DNA of 64,000 nucleotides from Escherichia coli (GTDB lineage Bacteria; Pseudomonadota; Gammaproteobacteria; Enterobacterales; Enterobacteriaceae): NCBI RefSeq assembly GCF_044324785.1, contig NZ_CP172127.1; one strand, 5' to 3'. Shown piece by piece: positions 60,540 to 64,000 of this stretch (position 1 is its first letter; each line of letters starts with the position of its first letter). The notes under the pieces were generated by a model. It saw only the letters and a program-made list of their open reading frames with translations, ran no database searches and was not told where the DNA came from. The position numbers and the translations under genes were made by a program.

Positions 60540-61490
60540 GTGAATTTCCAACAACTAAAGATAATCCGCGAGGCTGCACGTCAGGATTACAACCTGACAG
60601 AGGTTGCGAATATGCTTTTTACCTCACAGTCAGGCGTCAGCCGTCATATTCGGGAACTGGAGGATGAACTTGGCATCGAAATATTTGTTCGACGAGGTAA
60701 GCGACTGCTGGGCATGACTGAACCGGGCAAAGCATTACTGGTCATTGCAGAACGTATTCTGAATGAAGCCAGTAATGTTCGTCGGCTTGCAGACCTGTTT
60801 ACCAACGATACGTCTGGCGTTCTCACTATTGCAACGACGCATACTCAGGCACGTTATAGCCTGCCAGAGGTTATTAAAGCTTTTCGCGAACTTTTCCCGG
60901 AGGTTCGGCTCGAGCTAATCCAGGGGACGCCACAGGAAATTGCGATGTTGTTGCAAAATGGTGAAGCTGATATTGGTATCGCCAGCGAGCGTTTGAGTAA
61001 TGACCCGCAGCTCGTCGCCTTCCCGTGGTTTCGTTGGCACCATAGTTTGCTTGTTCCACTCGATCATCCCTTGACGCAAATTACACCATTGACGCTGGAA
61101 TCAATAGCGAAGTGGCCATTAATCACTTACCGACAGGGGATTACGGGGCGCTCACGCATTGATGACGCATTTGCCCGCAAAGGTTTGCTGGCAGATATTG
61201 TATTAAGTGCGCAGGATTCTGATGTCATTAAAACCTATGTTGCTCTTGGGCTGGGGATCGGATTAGTTGCCGAACAATCCAGCAGCGAACAAGAGGAAGA
61301 GAATTTAATCCGCCTGGATACGCGGCATCTTTTTGATGCTAATACTGTCTGGTTGGGACTGAAGAGAGGACAACTTCAGCGTAACTATGTCTGGCGCTTT
61401 CTGGAACTTTGTAATGCAGGACTGTCAGTTGAGGATATCAAGCAGCAGGTGATGGAAAACAGTGAAGAGGAAATTGATTATCAGATATAG
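60540..61490 (+). CDS. cbl: Cys-regulon co-activator Cbl (LysR family)
   Basis: 316 aa, GTG start at 60540 (MNFQQLKIIREAARQDYNLTEVANMLFTSQSGVSRHI...); matches E. coli Cbl. Confidence 0.9.
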   Translation: MNFQQLKIIREAARQDYNLTEVANMLFTSQSGVSRHIRELEDELGIEIFVRRGKRLLGMTEPGKALLVIAERILNEASNVRRLADLFTNDTSGVLTIATTHTQARYSLPEVIKAFRELFPEVRLELIQGTPQEIAMLLQNGEADIGIASERLSNDPQLVAFPWFRWHHSLLVPLDHPLTQITPLTLESIAKWPLITYRQGITGRSRIDDAFARKGLLADIVLSAQDSDVIKTYVALGLGIGLVAEQSSSEQEEENLIRLDTRHLFDANTVWLGLKRGQLQRNYVWRFLELCNAGLSVEDIKQQVMENSEEEIDYQI

Positions 61491-61492
61491 CA

Positions 61493-61520
61493 AAAAGCCC
61501 GCTATAAAAGCGGGCTTTTC
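61493..61520. terminator. Terminator hairpin between cbl and the convergent tRNA-Asn
   Basis: Stem agcccgct/agcgggct preceded by A5 and followed by a T run. Confidence 0.55.
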
Positions 61521-61527
61521 AGAAATT

Positions 61528-61603
61528 TGGCTCCTCTGACTGGACTCGAACCAGTGACATACGGATTAACAGTCCGCCGTTCTACCGACTGAACTACAGA
61601 GGA
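61528..61603 (-). tRNA. asnU: tRNA-Asn (GUU), asnU-equivalent by synteny
   Basis: 76 nt identical to the other two tRNA-Asn copies in this window. Confidence 0.95.
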
Positions 61604-61763
61604 ATCGCTGTTGAGGCACATCTTAACGGCGAAAAATCTTTTGTCAAACCCGATTTTTAAATTTCCCAACTGTTTGCCGTTTCTATCAACAGTTTGTTGC
61701 ATTTGCAGACAATTTGTTGGCGAAAATCTTTGCAGCTTTGCTGATTCTCCCTCATTATTTGAA

Positions 61764-63251
61764 ATGTGGTTTCACTTTCTGCAATTAAGGTCGGCTTTGA
61801 ATATCTCCTCTGCTTTACGCCAGGTTGTTCACGGCACTCGCTGGAACGCCAAACGCAAGAGTTACAAAGTGTTGTTCTGGCGCGAGATAACCCCGCTTGC
61901 TGTTCCTATCTTCATGGAGAATGCCTGTGTCCTGTTGATGGGAGTCCTGAGCACTTTTCTGGTCAGCTGGCTGGGAAAAGATGCGATGGCCGGCGTGGGA
62001 TTGGCGGACAGCTTCAATATGGTCATTATGGCTTTTTTTGCTGCTATCGATCTTGGTACTACTGTCGTTGTGGCATTTAGTCTCGGTAAGCGGGATCGAC
62101 GACGAGCGAGGGTGGCGACGCGGCAGTCATTGGTGATCATGACGTTGTTTGCCGTACTGTTGGCAACGCTTATTCATCATTTTGGCGAACAAATTATTGA
62201 TTTCGTCGCGGGTGATGCCACGACAGAAGTTAAAGCACTGGCGTTGACTTATCTGGAGCTGACGGTACTTAGTTATCCAGCAGCTGCCATCACTTTGATT
62301 GGTAGTGGGGCACTTCGTGGTGCAGGGAATACGAAAATACCGCTACTGATTAACGGTAGCCTGAATATTCTTAATATTATTATTAGCGGCATATTGATTT
62401 ACGGCCTTTTCTCCTGGCCGGGACTGGGATTTGTCGGGGCTGGGTTGGGTTTAACCATTTCTCGTTATATTGGCGCAGTGGCAATTTTGTGGGTGCTGGC
62501 GATTGGTTTTAATCCTGCGCTAAGGATTTCGTTAAAGAGCTATTTTAAACCGCTGAATTTTAGCATTATCTGGGAAGTCATGGGGATTGGTATTCCAGCG
62601 AGTGTCGAATCAGTATTATTTACCAGTGGTCGGTTATTAACCCAAATGTTCGTTGCCGGGATGGGGACCAGTGTTATTGCCGGGAATTTTATCGCGTTTT
62701 CAATTGCGGCTCTTATCAACTTACCCGGAAGTGCGCTCGGCTCTGCTTCTACGATCATTACAGGCCGAAGGTTGGGAGTAGGGCAGATAGCGCAAGCAGA
62801 GATTCAGTTGCGGCATGTGTTCTGGCTGTCCACTCTTGGATTAACGGCCATCGCCTGGCTAACGGCTCCCTTTGCCGGGGTTATGGCATCGTTTTACACC
62901 CAGGATCCACAGGTTAAACATGTCGTTGTGATTCTGATTTGGCTAAATGCTTTATTTATGCCTATTTGGTCTGCCTCATGGGTGCTACCCGCTGGATTTA
63001 AGGGTGCTCGCGATGCACGTTACGCCATGTGGGTTTCTATGTTGAGCATGTGGGGTTGCCGGGTTGTCGTCGGTTATGTGCTGGGAATCATGCTTGGCTG
63101 GGGTGTGGTTGGTGTCTGGATGGGAATGTTTGCCGACTGGGCTGTGCGGGCCGTGCTGTTTTACTGGCGAATGGTTACTGGACGTTGGCTGTGGAAATAT
63201 CCTCGATCTGAGCCGCAAAAGTGTGAAAAAAAGCCAGTTGTGTCGGAATAA
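61764..63251 (+). CDS. yeeO: MATE-family efflux transporter YeeO
   Basis: 495 aa from ATG at 61764 (MWFHFLQ...); 12-TM MATE fold; matches K-12 YeeO; the 546-aa track ORF starts at a TTG inside the adjacent tRNA. Confidence 0.85.
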   Translation: MWFHFLQLRSALNISSALRQVVHGTRWNAKRKSYKVLFWREITPLAVPIFMENACVLLMGVLSTFLVSWLGKDAMAGVGLADSFNMVIMAFFAAIDLGTTVVVAFSLGKRDRRRARVATRQSLVIMTLFAVLLATLIHHFGEQIIDFVAGDATTEVKALALTYLELTVLSYPAAAITLIGSGALRGAGNTKIPLLINGSLNILNIIISGILIYGLFSWPGLGFVGAGLGLTISRYIGAVAILWVLAIGFNPALRISLKSYFKPLNFSIIWEVMGIGIPASVESVLFTSGRLLTQMFVAGMGTSVIAGNFIAFSIAALINLPGSALGSASTIITGRRLGVGQIAQAEIQLRHVFWLSTLGLTAIAWLTAPFAGVMASFYTQDPQVKHVVVILIWLNALFMPIWSASWVLPAGFKGARDARYAMWVSMLSMWGCRVVVGYVLGIMLGWGVVGVWMGMFADWAVRAVLFYWRMVTGRWLWKYPRSEPQKCEKKPVVSE

Positions 63252-63351
63252 ACGACAAAGTGCAGATTATTTCAGCAAACGATTTCAAATTTAAAAAACA
63301 GGCTTTGACATTGTGGATGGGCATCGCTAATATTCGCCTCGTTCTCACGAT

Positions 63352-63427
63352 TCCTCTGTAGTTCAGTCGGTAGAACGGCGGACTGTTAATCCGTATGTCA
63401 CTGGTTCGAGTCCAGTCAGAGGAGCCA
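63352..63427 (+). tRNA. asnW: tRNA-Asn (GUU), asnW-equivalent by synteny
   Basis: 76 nt TCCTCTGTAGTTCAGTCGGTAGAACGGCGGACTGTTAATCCGTATGTCACTGGTTCGAGTCCAGTCAGAGGAGCCA on the plus strand. Confidence 0.95.
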
Positions 63428-63588
63428 AATTCAAGTTTTCATGCTTATCTGTACGTCTCTATTTGTTTACGATTCAGTAAGTTAGCGTGAAAATCCTTCC
63501 CGGTGCGTATCTGGTTTTCTCTCTGTATCGGGATAATTTGGTGGTCAGATCTGGGGTCAGTTTGGTTCGATTCTGGAGTGACCCCCAA

Positions 63589-64000
63589 ATGTCTTTAAAC
63601 GATTCTAAAATCCGCAAGTTAAAACCCTCTTCCCGTCCGGTAAAACTCTCCGACTCTCACGGTCTGTATCTGCTCGTCAATCCGGGCGGTTCACGCATCT
63701 GGTATCTCAAATATCGTTTCAACGGAAAAGAATCCAGAGTCAGTCTTGGCGCATACCCGCTTGTCTCACTGGCAGAAGCCAGGCAACAGCGCGACGGTAT
63801 CCGTAAGTTACTGGCGCAGAATATCAACCCGGCGCAGCAGCGCATGGCGGAGAAAGCGGCCTGCTCCCCTGAAAAGTGCTTTAAGGCAGTGGCGCTGGCC
63901 TGGCACAAAACCAACAAAAAATGGTCGGCTGATTATGCCGCCCGTATTCTCGCCAGTATGGAAAACCATATCTTCCCGGCGATTGGTCATCTGCCAGTTG
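63589..64000 (+). CDS. int: P4-type tyrosine integrase, N-terminal ~137 aa only (runs off the window); marks the edge of a genomic island at tRNA-Asn
   Basis: ATG at 63589; translation MSLNDSKIRKLKPSSRPVKLSDSHGLYLLVNPGGSRIWYLKYRFNGKESRVSLGAYPLVSLAEARQQRDGIRKLL... is the characteristic arm-binding N-terminus of P4-like integrases; starts 160 bp after the tRNA-Asn 3' end. Confidence 0.85.
   Translation, partial: MSLNDSKIRKLKPSSRPVKLSDSHGLYLLVNPGGSRIWYLKYRFNGKESRVSLGAYPLVSLAEARQQRDGIRKLLAQNINPAQQRMAEKAACSPEKCFKAVALAWHKTNKKWSADYAARILASMENHIFPAIGHLPV

Noticed and set aside
60258-60667. Small ORFs in the nac-cbl intergenic region (60258..60497, 60479..60667)
   Set aside because: They overlap the 3' end of nac and the 5' end of cbl, with no supporting motifs; likely spurious.
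61611-61763. 546-aa version of yeeO starting at a TTG at 61611
   Set aside because: The extension begins inside or adjacent to the tRNA-Asn gene on the opposite strand; the conserved YeeO begins at the ATG at 61764.

Overview
This window reads as a largely syntenic Escherichia coli chromosomal segment, identified by recall of E. coli K-12 protein sequences and gene order (no database search was possible). It contains, in order: the colanic-acid capsule cluster (wza, 5'-truncated, through wcaM, all 20 genes intact); gne and galF; an AT-rich wzx/wzy-dependent O-antigen cluster (about 24.7-32.9 kb); gnd, ugd and wzzB; the complete his operon on the minus strand with its leader and attenuator; yeeZ, yeeY, plaP, yeeE, yeeD, sbcB, dacD, sbmC, yeeA and yeeX; cobU-cobS-cobT; ldtA; and three identical tRNA-Asn genes interleaved with nac, cbl and yeeO. 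The window ends in the first ~137 codons of a P4-type integrase immediately downstream of the last tRNA-Asn. I do not see a clearly novel, self-contained system inside the window. The most interesting leads are the integrase at the right edge, which marks the start of a genomic island whose cargo lies outside the window, and the serogroup-specific O-antigen cluster, in which two genes are disrupted by single-base homopolymer frameshifts (real pseudogenes or sequencing errors). Relative to K-12, the yefM-yoeB toxin-antitoxin pair and the CP4-44 prophage are absent. No CRISPR array, rRNA or insertion sequence was found.
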